A DNA stretch of 64,000 bases from Dehalococcoidia bacterium (GTDB lineage: Bacteria; Chloroflexota; Dehalococcoidia; Lucifugimonadales; JADFKI01): assembly GCA_965204445.1 (NCBI GenBank), contig OZ241992.1:2369773-2433772 (forward strand), read 5' to 3'. Made by a program: the position numbers and the translations under genes. The notes under the pieces were generated by a model that saw only the letters and a program-made list of their open reading frames with translations, ran no database searches and was not told the origin of the DNA. Of this stretch, positions 1 to 9,781 are shown one piece after another (positions within the stretch are counted from its first letter, which is position 1; the number at the start of each line of letters is the position of its first letter).

Positions 1-38
1 CTTGGGTATTGGATGAAGTGAGATATGGGAGGTGAGAT

Positions 39-623
39 ATGCCTCAGGCGATAAATCTGCAGATGGTAACGCGGGACGATGTGGCGCGCATTCGGCGCTG
101 GCTTGCGGACGAAGAGGTTTCGGAGTCGTGGTTCGGGCGCTACGCATACGGCGATCCGGCGCACCTCGGTTATCATCCCAACGAAGTGGACGACATATCG
201 GACGAAGAGTGGGCGCATGTGTTCGACAACCCGGAGCACCGAATCCTGTCAATATACTGCCCGGAAGCGGGACACATAGGCGAGATCCACATCGCGATTG
301 AGGAATCGCTGGGCGACGGGCAGCTCTCCGTGCTGATTGGGCGCAAGGACTTGTGGCATCACGGCTACGGCTCCGCCGCCGCCCGCCGCGCGCTGGAAAC
401 CGCCTTCGACGAATACGGATTGTACCGCGTATGGGTGGACATTCCCGAATACAATATGCCGGCGCGCAATATGTTCGCGCACCTCGGCTTTCAGCATGAA
501 GGCACGCTGCGCAAGAGCCGCCCGCATGAAGGCGCGCGCTTCGACTCGGTGGTGATGGGCATACTCGCCAACGAATACGTCCCGCTGGAAGACCACGCAA
601 TCAAGGCAATCCCGCGCGTATAG
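39..623 (+). CDS. GNAT-family N-acetyltransferase (RimJ/RimL-like)
   Basis: 194-aa ORF. GNAT-style acetyl-CoA region 'RKDLWHHGYGSAAARRALETAF' and 'ARNMFAHLGFQHEG'. GGGAGG lies just upstream of the ATG. Confidence 0.8.
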   Translation: MPQAINLQMVTRDDVARIRRWLADEEVSESWFGRYAYGDPAHLGYHPNEVDDISDEEWAHVFDNPEHRILSIYCPEAGHIGEIHIAIEESLGDGQLSVLIGRKDLWHHGYGSAAARRALETAFDEYGLYRVWVDIPEYNMPARNMFAHLGFQHEGTLRKSRPHEGARFDSVVMGILANEYVPLEDHAIKAIPRV

Positions 624-917
624 CCTAACCAACGCTATATGCGCCGTCCCGTCCCCGCGTGTTTCGCTTGCCCCATTGCTTTGCGCCAACGCCGTAGGGT
701 ATGCGGCAGGCGTCCCTATTATAGGATTATGGGATAGCGGTTAAAACCGCCCTATGTCCGAATTAAGGTAGCCGTTACAACCGCTCTGCATCGCATCCTA
801 TTAAAGAGATGTTCGGCTGAATTGGGGCAGGGCAAATTGGGATACTCTAGGGATACTGAGGGGCGGCTCAAGTAGCGCGCTGACTAACGGACGCGCCGAT
901 CTAACGGGGGGCAACGC

Positions 918-2243
918 TTGTTGTACGAAGCGCAAGCCGGCAATCTGACGCTTGTAGCCGGCGGCGATACGATGATAACCCGACGGCTGTCGGTCTTTCG
1001 CGAAGACGGCTTTGCGCAGCTCGCCACGCTCTTCCGCGACGCCGATGTGGGCTTCGCCAACCTCGAGATGCTGATGCACGACTATGAGCATTCGCCGGGG
1101 ATGGCGGGCGGCACATTCACGGCATCCGACCCCAAGAACTTGCGCGAGCTGGAGTGGCTGGGCGTCAATCTGGTGTCCTGCGCCAACAACCATAGCTACG
1201 ATTACGGCGAAGGCGGCGTACTCACCCACTTGGCGCATCTCCGCAAATCCGAGTTGGCGTATGCCGGCACGGGGCGCAACCTCAGCGAGGCGCGCGCGCC
1301 GGCGTACTTGGACACCGCCAACGGGCGCGTGGCGCTCATATCGGCGTCATCCACATTCGCAGAGGCGGGACGCGCGTTAGACCAGCGCCCCGACGTCAAT
1401 GGACGCCCCGGCCTCAACCCGCTACGCTTCAGCCTCACGCACACGATCGACCGTCCCGCATTCGACGCGTTGCGCCGCATCAGAAGCAAGCTCGGCTTGG
1501 AAGCGCAGCAGAACGCAGAGCGCAACTTTCGGCATCGCGGCGCTATCCCGGAAGACACCGATGAGCGCTTCCTGTTTATGGACAAGCGGTTCGCGCTGGG
1601 CGAAGAGTTCAAAATCACATCGAAGCTGAACGCGCGCGATCTTGAGGGCAATCTGCGCTGGCTGCGGGACGCCCGCCGAATGGCGGACTGGGCGCTTGTA
1701 TCCGTTCACTGCCACGAAAGCGGCGCAAACCGCGATCTGCCGCCCGATTTTCTGGTGGACTTCGCGCGCGCCTGCATCGACGAGGGCGCAGACGCCTTCA
1801 TCGGACACGGGCCGCACATCACGCGCGGCGTAGAGGTCTATAAGGGCAGACCGATAATGTACAGCCTCGGCAACTTCATCTTTCAGAACGACACCGTGCG
1901 CTGGCAGCCTTCGTACAACTACGATAGCGTGAAGCTAGGGGCGGACGCCACGCCCGCCGACTTCTACGACGCCCGCAGCGAACACGACCAACGCGGCTTT
2001 CCGGGCGATCCGATATATTGGGAAAGCGTGGTGGCGCGCTGCGAATTCAAGGGCGGCGACCTGCGCGCGCTGACGCTGCATCCGATAGATATGGGATACG
2101 GCAAGCGGCGCTCGCAGCGCGGCCGTCCGCTGCTGGCAGGCGCAGATGTGAGCCGCCGCGCGCTGGAACGCGTCAAGCGGCTGTCCAAGCCCTTCGATAC
2201 GGATGTGCGTATCGAAGGGGGTATGGGCGTGGTGCGGGTTTAG
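918..2243 (+). CDS. CapA-family (PGA_cap, metallophosphatase-like) protein
   Basis: 441-aa ORF with 'LVAGGDTM', 'FANLE', 'CANNHSYDYGEGG' and 'IGHGPH' motifs typical of CapA/PGA_cap proteins. The start is a TTG in the ORF track, so the exact start is uncertain. Confidence 0.75.
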   Translation: MLYEAQAGNLTLVAGGDTMITRRLSVFREDGFAQLATLFRDADVGFANLEMLMHDYEHSPGMAGGTFTASDPKNLRELEWLGVNLVSCANNHSYDYGEGGVLTHLAHLRKSELAYAGTGRNLSEARAPAYLDTANGRVALISASSTFAEAGRALDQRPDVNGRPGLNPLRFSLTHTIDRPAFDALRRIRSKLGLEAQQNAERNFRHRGAIPEDTDERFLFMDKRFALGEEFKITSKLNARDLEGNLRWLRDARRMADWALVSVHCHESGANRDLPPDFLVDFARACIDEGADAFIGHGPHITRGVEVYKGRPIMYSLGNFIFQNDTVRWQPSYNYDSVKLGADATPADFYDARSEHDQRGFPGDPIYWESVVARCEFKGGDLRALTLHPIDMGYGKRRSQRGRPLLAGADVSRRALERVKRLSKPFDTDVRIEGGMGVVRV

Positions 2244-2265
2244 GGGCATCTTAATCGGAGGCTAG

Positions 2266-2577
2266 ATGATGACGCAGCAACAGCGCGACAGCAAGCCCGA
2301 ACCGGCGCAAGAGCGCCAAGTTCAGCATTCGATCGGGCCGGAAGCGGCGTTGGCGGCGCTGCGTAGGGCGTCGGACATAGCGCGGCGCAGGGCGCTTGAG
2401 ACTACGGGAGCGGTAGCCATATTCAGGGACGGCGAGATAGTGTATGAGACCGACCCGAATGTACTTTTCAGCGAACCGCAGGAATGGCTCAACGCCTCGT
2501 GCTGCCACACACACCGGCCGAATGCGGCGCATCGCGACGGCGAATCGGATGGCGGCGGCAACGGCAATCCGTCATAA
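2266..2577 (+). CDS. small hypothetical protein
   Basis: 103-aa ORF with GGAGG 6-7 nt upstream of the ATG. No recognisable domain. The C-terminal part may be read-through of low-complexity sequence. Confidence 0.4.
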   Translation: MMTQQQRDSKPEPAQERQVQHSIGPEAALAALRRASDIARRRALETTGAVAIFRDGEIVYETDPNVLFSEPQEWLNASCCHTHRPNAAHRDGESDGGGNGNPS

Positions 2578-2644
2578 CAGCGGTGCCACTAACCCGCATC
2601 ACGCGCAGGATTGGCGTTCATATAACGCCCGGTGTTGCGCCCGC

Positions 2645-3598
2645 CTACGCCGGCAACGGCGTTCCGATGCCGCGCTCCAATGCGATTTTGTACACGCGGA
2701 TGCCGGTGGTGATGTCTTGTACCGCAAGCCCTTGCGATTCGAACAGCGTTATATCCGCGGGGGATGTCCTGCCCGCCGCGCTGCCGCCCACCACATCGGC
2801 TAGGCTGCGAACCTGCTCCCAGCGGATTGCGCCGAACTCGGCGGGATATATCAGATCGCCGCACTCCAGCTTCGCCTGCTCGATATCGTCTGCCACGATG
2901 ATATTAGCGCGGCTCACCGCATCGCCGTCTAGTTCGCGGCGCATCCAGTGGTTGGCGCCGGCGGCGTTGATGTGAGCGCCCTCGGCTAGCCATTCGCCTT
3001 GCAGTACGGGGCGGGATGCGCTGGTCATCGTGATTACCACGTCGGCGTTGCGCGCGCACTCTTCGGCGCTTTCCACCGGCGCAACCTCTATGCCAAGTTT
3101 CGCCGTCATCTCGTCGGCAAACGCCTGCATGTTCTCATGCCTGCGGCTGAACACCCGCGCCATCTTAATCGGGCGCACTTTGCAGACCGCCTCCAACTGA
3201 GTGCGCGCCTGATAGCCGGAGCCGATGACGCCCACGCTTGCGGCGTCCGCGCGCGCCATATACTTGGTGGCGACGCCGCTCGCCGCGCCCGTGCGTATCT
3301 GCCCAAGGTCGGACGCCTCGATCAGCGCCAGCAGTTCGCCCGTGTCAGAGCTGAATATCTGGACATAGAACTTGACGGGGCCGTTTGCCACGCCGTAAGC
3401 CTTCAAGCCCATCACGCCGGCGCCGGGCGCGGCGGCGGACATAAAGTTGAACACGCCGCGCGGCAACCTAATGCGCGAGCGCGGGCTGTTGGTGGCGCCG
3501 CCGTCCGCAAGCAGCCGAAACGCCTCTTCCACCGTATCCAGCGCAATGTCCATAGTCAGTATGCGGTTCACATCCGCTTCGGTGAGGTATAGCGCCAT
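2645..3598 (-). CDS. ornithine cyclodeaminase / mu-crystallin family protein
   Basis: Family-typical N-terminus 'MALYLTEADVNRILTMD' and Rossmann motif 'VGVIGSGYQAR'. The start is moved to the internal ATG at 3598; the longer ORF to 3670 adds a non-homologous extension. Confidence 0.85.
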   Translation of the reverse strand: MALYLTEADVNRILTMDIALDTVEEAFRLLADGGATNSPRSRIRLPRGVFNFMSAAAPGAGVMGLKAYGVANGPVKFYVQIFSSDTGELLALIEASDLGQIRTGAASGVATKYMARADAASVGVIGSGYQARTQLEAVCKVRPIKMARVFSRRHENMQAFADEMTAKLGIEVAPVESAEECARNADVVITMTSASRPVLQGEWLAEGAHINAAGANHWMRRELDGDAVSRANIIVADDIEQAKLECGDLIYPAEFGAIRWEQVRSLADVVGGSAAGRTSPADITLFESQGLAVQDITTGIRVYKIALERGIGTPLPA

Positions 3599-3642
3599 GT
3601 TTGGGACCTTCTTTCGGGGTGTGATTATTGATGTGCGGGGGA

Positions 3643-3675
3643 TTTTCAACGCAAAGGCGCAGGGGCGCAAAGGGA
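3643..3675 (-). repeat. dispersed intergenic TTGCGCC-triplet repeat, copy a
   Basis: The reverse complement reads CCTTTGCGCCCCTGCGCCTTTGCGTTGAAAA, with three TGCGC/TGCGT cores at 8-bp spacing. It is immediately preceded on the minus strand by TATAAT. Confidence 0.8.
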
Positions 3676-3928
3676 TTATACACGCCGGCGCAACAGCCGC
3701 GACAATTCAACCATAGCGGGATGGCGCGCGGATGCGGCGGACTGCATTCTTTCATACCGCTAGACTAAGCAAGCCCATAGAGCCTCCATCCGGAACAACC
3801 TGAATGATTCACCGCTGCCGCCTTGCCAAGACGCGGCGGCGCTATTCCTGGACAGGGGTTGTTTGCGTTAGGGTTGCCATTTAGCGGAGTTCACCTTTTA
3901 TTTAGTAGATTAGCGGATTTCTCAATGG

Positions 3929-3957
3929 ACTTTGCGCCCCCGCGTCTTTGCGTTAAT
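3929..3957 (+). repeat. dispersed intergenic TTGCGCC-triplet repeat, copy b
   Basis: ACTTTGCGCCCCCGCGTCTTTGCGTTAAT, located downstream of the rpoD stop. Confidence 0.75.
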
Positions 3958-3987
3958 CACTCTCGCTAGGAAGGCGCAACCCCGCCC

Positions 3988-5706
3988 CTACGCATCCAAA
4001 AAATCCCGCAGCTTCTTAGACCGCGTCGGCTGCCTCAGCTTTCGCAGCGCCTTCGCCTCGATCTGGCGGATGCGCTCGCGCGTTACCCCGAAGTCGCGCC
4101 CCACCTCTTCCAGCGTGCGGCTGCGGCCGTCTTCAAGCCCGAAGCGCAGCTGAAGCACCCGCGCCTCGCGCTCGTTCAGCGTGTTCAGCACATCCTCCAC
4201 CTGCTCTTTGAGAAGCTGATAGGACGCCGCCTCCGCAGGCGCAAGCGCGCTCCTATCCTCTATGAAGTCCCCCAAGTGGCTGTCCTCCTCCTCCCCTATC
4301 GGCGTCTCCAAAGACACCGGCTCCTGCGAAATCTTCAGGATTTCGCGCACCCGCTCCGGCGTAATCGTAACTTCGCCGGTACTCATCCCCGCGCCTATCT
4401 CTTCGCTGGTAGGCTCCCGCCCGTTTTCCTGCACAAGGCGGCGGCTCACCCGCAGAAGCTTGTTGATAGTCTCTACCATATGCACCGGAATGCGTATCGT
4501 GCGCGCCTGGTCGGCGATTGCGCGCGTGATTGCCTGCCGAATCCACCAGGTCGCATAGGTGCTGAACTTGTAGCCCTTGCGATAGTCGAACTTTTCCACC
4601 GCCCGTATCAACCCGATGTTGCCTTCCTGTATCAGGTCAAGCAGCGACATCCCCCGCCCGATGTACTTCTTGGCGACGCTCACCACCAGCCGCAGGTTGG
4701 CTTCCGCCAGATGCCGCTGAGCCCGCCTGCCCGCCGTCTTGACGCGCCCAAAGCGGCGGCCGTAGCTCAGCTCATACGACTCGATCGCTTTGATGAAGTC
4801 CGGCTTGTCTTTCAGCGTGTTGAGTTCGCTGAGAGCGGGCGGGACCTTGAAAAGCTCCATCGTCTCTTTGGGAAGCAGCCGCCGGTTGAGCGAAAGTTCC
4901 TGAATATCCGCCTTCACCAAGTCCGGCTCGGTGTTCAGCAGTTCGGCGACGAAGTTGAGCATCTCTTCGGGCAGTTCGCCGTCCAGCAGTTCGGCGAGCG
5001 CATCATCGGATAGGAAGTCGGCGAGGGTTTCGGGCTTGGGAACGGCGTGGTAGCGGCAGAAGGCGTCGATGAGGGGGGCGTGGGCGTGGATTCCAACGAG
5101 GAAGTGGTGAACGCATTCCCATGCGCGGACATTGACATCGCGCGGAATCGTCAAGTCTTTGAATTTGGCGTTCCAGTTGGCGTTCTTCTGAATCTCTTCC
5201 AGCAGATCGTCAACGGATTCGATTTTGGATTTGGCTTTTTCTTGCACCCGCGCGCGGACGTCTTTCAGATGGGGACGCTTGGCTAGGATTCGGTTGAACT
5301 CGATGGATTTCTCCACGCGCTCGATGTGCTTCCACTCTTCCATTTCGCGCGCCAGCTTGCGCTCATCCGCCGCCTTCAGCAGCCCGACCCTGCCGATTTC
5401 GCGCAGATACATACGCACAGGGTCGTCGATGATGTCCACATTCTCCAGCTTCTTGACCCATTCGCTGTCTATGTCCGGCTCTTCCGATTCCTGCTCTTCG
5501 TCGTCTTCCTCATCCTCATCGTAGTGGCCGTTCGCGCGGTAGTCCGAATCCCCGTTGCGTCCCGGCACCATCACCTCAGGCTCGCCGAGGCTGTAGCCGT
5601 CTTCCTTGGATTTGCGGGTAAGTATCAGATCGCCCACGGGCGCGCCGTGCGATATATCGGTTATCGCCAAATTGTCCGTGCCGTCCCCGTTCATATATGT
5701 GTCCAT
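3988..5706 (-). CDS. rpoD: RNA polymerase primary sigma factor (sigma-70)
   Basis: 572 aa with an acidic N-terminal region. Region 2 reads '[32 protein letters not shown]'. Region 4.2 reads '[28 protein letters not shown]'. It lies downstream of dnaG, as in the classical operon. Confidence 0.95.
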   Translation of the reverse strand: MDTYMNGDGTDNLAITDISHGAPVGDLILTRKSKEDGYSLGEPEVMVPGRNGDSDYRANGHYDEDEEDDEEQESEEPDIDSEWVKKLENVDIIDDPVRMYLREIGRVGLLKAADERKLAREMEEWKHIERVEKSIEFNRILAKRPHLKDVRARVQEKAKSKIESVDDLLEEIQKNANWNAKFKDLTIPRDVNVRAWECVHHFLVGIHAHAPLIDAFCRYHAVPKPETLADFLSDDALAELLDGELPEEMLNFVAELLNTEPDLVKADIQELSLNRRLLPKETMELFKVPPALSELNTLKDKPDFIKAIESYELSYGRRFGRVKTAGRRAQRHLAEANLRLVVSVAKKYIGRGMSLLDLIQEGNIGLIRAVEKFDYRKGYKFSTYATWWIRQAITRAIADQARTIRIPVHMVETINKLLRVSRRLVQENGREPTSEEIGAGMSTGEVTITPERVREILKISQEPVSLETPIGEEEDSHLGDFIEDRSALAPAEAASYQLLKEQVEDVLNTLNEREARVLQLRFGLEDGRSRTLEEVGRDFGVTRERIRQIEAKALRKLRQPTRSKKLRDFLDA

Positions 5707-5764
5707 CCGCTTAACCCCCGTCCGACTTGTGTATAGATAAGCAATAAGCCCGTTTCGTATATTC

Positions 5765-5813
5765 GCGCGCGCTTGCCGTATGCGCGAATGCGTATGCGCG
5801 CTTGCCGTATGCG
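5765..5813. repeat. 18-bp direct repeat pair between dnaG and rpoD
   Basis: GCGCGCTTGCCGTATGCG occurs at 5767-5784 and 5796-5813, with additional CGTATGCG words between the two copies. Confidence 0.6.
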
Positions 5814-5834
5814 ATGCGTGCGCCGCCGCGCCTA

Positions 5835-7667
5835 CTACGCCGTTTCCGTCGTCTTTATGTCTGCGTTGAGATTGGCGATTTGCGCCGTCAGCTCGCGCGA
5901 TGGCGGCGTGGCGTTGTCCGCCGTCTCAAGCAGCTCTTCCTGCAGCTCCAGCAGATGGCGGCGCTTCAGCCGTTGGATGCACTGATCCAGCGCCCGCTCG
6001 CTCTCGACGCTATCCGTGGGCGCTATGTCCGCCTGCGTCAGCGACTGCATATGCGCCAGCAGCGGCTCGTCGAGCAGCGCCTCAAGTTCATCCGTCGCCG
6101 CGCAGCCCATCCAGCGCTTGAACACCTCCCTGTCCGCGCTCTTGCGAAAGTATTCGGGCGATAGTTCGTGAACGCGCTCGCGCAACTGCGGGCGGCTCAG
6201 CAGCAGCGATAGCGTAAAATCTTCCAACACATCCTCGCGGCTCGCCGTCAGCGCCGACGCGGCGACCTGTTCCCTGCTGTTCGGCTGCGGCTGCGATTGC
6301 CGTGGCGCGCGCCGCCGCGAAGTATATGCCGGGCGGCGCGGCAACCCCGCTTTGAGCGCATCCATCGTAATGCCCAGCGCGTCCGCCAGGTTCTGCAGAT
6401 AGCGCTGCTGATCGAAGATGTTGTGAGTCGCCGCTATCAGCGGAAATACGGCTTCGACCACCTGCGATTTGCCGTGTCCGCTGCTGATGTCGAAGCGCGA
6501 TGTGATTGCCGGTATAAGGTAACTCATAAGCGGCAGCGCGTTCTGCGTCAACCGCTCCCACTCTGCCGCATCGTGGCGTATAAGTTCGTCCGGATCTTTG
6601 CCGTCGGGCAGCGCCGCGATGTTCAAAGTTATCGGATCGCGCCGCTGCAGGACGCCCTGCGATACCCCGCGCGCCGCCGACTGCTCCCCGATTATCTTCC
6701 AAGACGCCTCTAGGCTGCGAAGCGTCGCCTCTTGTCCCGCCGCGTCCGGATCCAGCGCAAGCACGAACTTGTTCGCCAGCGATTTCAGCTGCGCCACCTG
6801 ATTTTCGGTGAGCGCCGTCCCCATAGACGCAACCACATTGCGATAGCCGCGCTGATGCGCCGCGATGACATCCATATAGCCCTCGACGACAATGCCCGTG
6901 TTGGCGCTGCGAATGTGGGAGTGGGCGAGGTGGAGTCCGTAGAGGGTGTTGCGCTTATCGAAAATGGGGGTGCTTGCGGTGTTGATGTACTTAGGGTTGT
7001 AGCCTTGCGATGCAGGCGCGGCGCTGCTCATATCGCGCCCGCCGAAGCCTATCGCATCGCCCTGCCTGTTGTGTATGGGAAACATCAGCCTGCCGCGGAA
7101 GAAGTCCCATGTTCTGCCGGCATCATTGCGATAGATTAGCCCGCTTGCCACCGCTTCATCTTCGTTCACGCCCATATTGGACAGATAAGTCTTCAGCCCG
7201 TCCCAGCCGTCGGGCGCTACGCCGAGTTGGAATGCGTCGATAGCCTCGCCGTTGACGCCGCGCCGCCCTAGATACTGCATCGCCGCCGCGCCCTGCGCCG
7301 ATTTCAGCCTATCCTGATAGAAGGTTGCGGCAAGGCGGTTGACGGCGTGCAACCGACTGCGCTTATCGCTGTCCTGCTTGGCCGTCGGCGATAGCGGAAC
7401 GCCCGCCTTCTGCGCCAGCAATCGCAGCGCATCCCCGAACTCCAAGTTCTGATGGCGCATAACGAAAGAGAAGGCGTCCCCCCCGGTGGAGCATGCGCCG
7501 AAGCAGCGCCAGCTCTGACGCTCCGGGTTCACGATGAACGAAGGCGTCTTTTCGGTATGAAAAGGACAAGGCGCCTTGAAGCTGCGCCCCGCTTTCTGCA
7601 GCGGAACATAGCCCGACACCACATCCACGATGTCAAGACGCGCTCTTATGTCGTCAGCAACGCTCAT
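5835..7667 (-). CDS. dnaG: DNA primase
   Basis: 610 aa. CHC2 zinc finger '[11 protein letters not shown]...CFGC' and TOPRIM motif '[10 protein letters not shown]'. Confidence 0.95.
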   Translation of the reverse strand: MSVADDIRARLDIVDVVSGYVPLQKAGRSFKAPCPFHTEKTPSFIVNPERQSWRCFGACSTGGDAFSFVMRHQNLEFGDALRLLAQKAGVPLSPTAKQDSDKRSRLHAVNRLAATFYQDRLKSAQGAAAMQYLGRRGVNGEAIDAFQLGVAPDGWDGLKTYLSNMGVNEDEAVASGLIYRNDAGRTWDFFRGRLMFPIHNRQGDAIGFGGRDMSSAAPASQGYNPKYINTASTPIFDKRNTLYGLHLAHSHIRSANTGIVVEGYMDVIAAHQRGYRNVVASMGTALTENQVAQLKSLANKFVLALDPDAAGQEATLRSLEASWKIIGEQSAARGVSQGVLQRRDPITLNIAALPDGKDPDELIRHDAAEWERLTQNALPLMSYLIPAITSRFDISSGHGKSQVVEAVFPLIAATHNIFDQQRYLQNLADALGITMDALKAGLPRRPAYTSRRRAPRQSQPQPNSREQVAASALTASREDVLEDFTLSLLLSRPQLRERVHELSPEYFRKSADREVFKRWMGCAATDELEALLDEPLLAHMQSLTQADIAPTDSVESERALDQCIQRLKRRHLLELQEELLETADNATPPSRELTAQIANLNADIKTTETA

Positions 7668-7694
7668 TGTTCTATCGGTTGTCCGTCCGAATGC

Positions 7695-8105
7695 TTATCG
7701 GCAGCAATCGTCGATCGCGGAATTTCGGGCGCGCATAGGCGGCGCGCCGTCTTGCGCTTGGGCGTAGGCGTACTCCGCAATCCTAGTCAGCGGCTCGCGC
7801 ACGCTCTCCAAGTGCCAAGCGATATGATCTATGGACGCGCGCATATCCACCAGCGAATCGCCTATGGCGTCCCAGTCTCCCGACGTCTTGAGCATATTGT
7901 TCAAACGATCCGTGAACTCTTTCTGAGCCCCCCACAAATCGCCCAAGTCCGTGCCTACGCTTGCCAGTTCGGCGTCAAGCGTAGCCGGCAGCCCCATCTC
8001 GCGCAACAGCACAACGACGCTGTGCGCCATAACCGCCGTGCGCCGCGCATGATTAAGATCGGCTTCCATCTCTACGACCGCTGTCTGTTCGCTGTTCGCT
8101 GTCAA
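7695..8105 (-). CDS. hypothetical protein inside the dgt-dnaG-rpoD cluster
   Basis: 136-aa ORF on the same strand, ending 27 nt before the dnaG start. No domain recognised. Confidence 0.5.
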   Translation of the reverse strand: MTANSEQTAVVEMEADLNHARRTAVMAHSVVVLLREMGLPATLDAELASVGTDLGDLWGAQKEFTDRLNNMLKTSGDWDAIGDSLVDMRASIDHIAWHLESVREPLTRIAEYAYAQAQDGAPPMRARNSAIDDCCR

Positions 8106-8214
8106 CGCCGATCCTTTCCGCCGCTCGCATACTCTACGGACTGATTGCTGAATTGCTCTGAACCGCTAGTAGAGAGAGGGAACATTCCCTATTTTGGAAA
8201 CGCCTTAGCGCCGC

Positions 8215-8481
8215 CTACTGCCTTCCCAGAACCGCATAATGCGACAAATACATCATCCACGGCTCGCGTATCATCTCAAGCGCGGACTGCTGCGGCTCGG
8301 GGCTCATATCGTTTATCTGCTCGAAGGTAGTCTTCCAAATATGGTCGACTTCGCTCTTCCACGGCTCATACTCAAGCCCGTGAGCGTCCCGCTGCATCGC
8401 CTCCAGATGCTCGCGCACCCGCTTAATCTGATGCGAAACGCTGCGCATCAGTATCCTATCGTTGGGCGTCATACCAGCCAT
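8215..8481 (-). CDS. hypothetical protein, translationally coupled to dgt
   Basis: 88-aa ORF. Its ATG overlaps the dgt stop codon as TAATG at 8479-8483, which suggests translational coupling. Confidence 0.55.
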   Translation of the reverse strand: MAGMTPNDRILMRSVSHQIKRVREHLEAMQRDAHGLEYEPWKSEVDHIWKTTFEQINDMSPEPQQSALEMIREPWMMYLSHYAVLGRQ

Positions 8482-9569
8482 TATAGCAGTCTTTCTATGA
8501 AAATCTTAGCGATCCCCGGCTGAATTCTCTCAGCCACGCGCATCGCATACCAATCCGTCATACCCGACACATAGTCCACCACCGCATCCGATTCGCTTCG
8601 GCTGCGACGGGCATAGTCCGACGGGATTTCGTCCCGATGTTCGTTGAAATGGCGATACAGCAGCCGCACAATGCGCCGCGCCGCCTCGCCCTCGGCGCGC
8701 GCGTCCTGCGGCAGATACACATTCCTGAACATATACTCCCGCAGCTCCATAAACGCCTGCCGCACCGCATCGCCCATCCCGATTGCGGGCAAAGCGTCGG
8801 GATGCGCCCCGTTCAACCCGCTCGCCGCATACGAATTCTCTATGATGTCGCACACGATAGTGTCAATGCGCTCGGCATGCCGCCCGCCCAGCGCATTCAG
8901 CGTCCCCGACGGCAGATCCGCGGGCGAAAGAACGCCGGCGCGAAACGCGTCGGCAAGGTCGTGGTTAATGTAGGCTACCGCGTCCGATACGCGCACCACT
9001 TGCGCTTCGAGCGAAAGGCCGTCGTTGTCGACCCCGGCTAGGAAATCGCCGCGCGGCTTGGAGTGCCGCAGTATCCCCTGCCGCACCTCCCAAGTGAGGT
9101 TAAGCCCCCTGCCGTCCTTCTCCACGCGCTCCACGATACGCAGGCTTTGGCGGCTGTGCCGAAACCCGTCCGGATGAAGCTTGTCCAGCTCATCCTCGCC
9201 GATATGCCCGAAAGGCGTATGCCCCAAATCGTGCGCCATAGCGATGGCTTCCGCGAGATCTTCGTTCAAGTTCAGCGCCCGCGCGATAGTGCGCGCTATC
9301 TGCGCCACCTCAAGCGTATGCGTAAGGCGCGTAACATAATGATCGCCAAGCGGCGCGATAAACACCTGCGTCTTATGCTTCAGCCGCCGAAACGCCTTGC
9401 TGTGGATAACGCGGTCGCGGTCGCGCTGATACTCCGTGCGCACATCGGACGGCCGCTCCGGAACTGCGCGCCCGACGCTGCGCCCCGACCTAGCGGCATA
9501 CGGCGAGAGACATTCCTCGCGCTCTTCAAGTCGCCGGCGTATAACCGCCCGCTGTGCCGTCGCATTCAA
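8481..9569 (-). CDS. dgt: dGTP triphosphohydrolase-like HD-domain protein
   Basis: 362 aa. HD motif 'HTLEVAQIAR...AHDLGHTPFGHIGE'. It sits in the conserved position upstream of dnaG. Confidence 0.9.
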   Translation of the reverse strand: MNATAQRAVIRRRLEEREECLSPYAARSGRSVGRAVPERPSDVRTEYQRDRDRVIHSKAFRRLKHKTQVFIAPLGDHYVTRLTHTLEVAQIARTIARALNLNEDLAEAIAMAHDLGHTPFGHIGEDELDKLHPDGFRHSRQSLRIVERVEKDGRGLNLTWEVRQGILRHSKPRGDFLAGVDNDGLSLEAQVVRVSDAVAYINHDLADAFRAGVLSPADLPSGTLNALGGRHAERIDTIVCDIIENSYAASGLNGAHPDALPAIGMGDAVRQAFMELREYMFRNVYLPQDARAEGEAARRIVRLLYRHFNEHRDEIPSDYARRSRSESDAVVDYVSGMTDWYAMRVAERIQPGIAKIFIERLL

Positions 9570-9781
9570 CGAAATAACGCCTGCCTCCGCTTGCCCTTGC
9601 CTGCCATCGCCATATCAGTGCCCGCCAGCGCCCGCCGCGCGCCGCAACATCTAACCGCCGCATCCAGTATAACACACAAATTCGCTCTATCGGCAGGGCA
9701 AACCCGCAATTCGAGGCGCAATAAGTTCACACCCGCCCCGCAATCTATGATAACATCCAAGCCAAGGAGCGCTTGATTATT

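Noticed and set aside
3860-3900. GTTAGGGTTGCC resembling the ACUAGGGUUCCG core of a guanidine-I (ykkC) riboswitch
   Set aside because: The other conserved blocks (GGUCCGAGAG and the ACACGGCGGG-type block) are absent. No downstream plus-strand gene exists for it to regulate.
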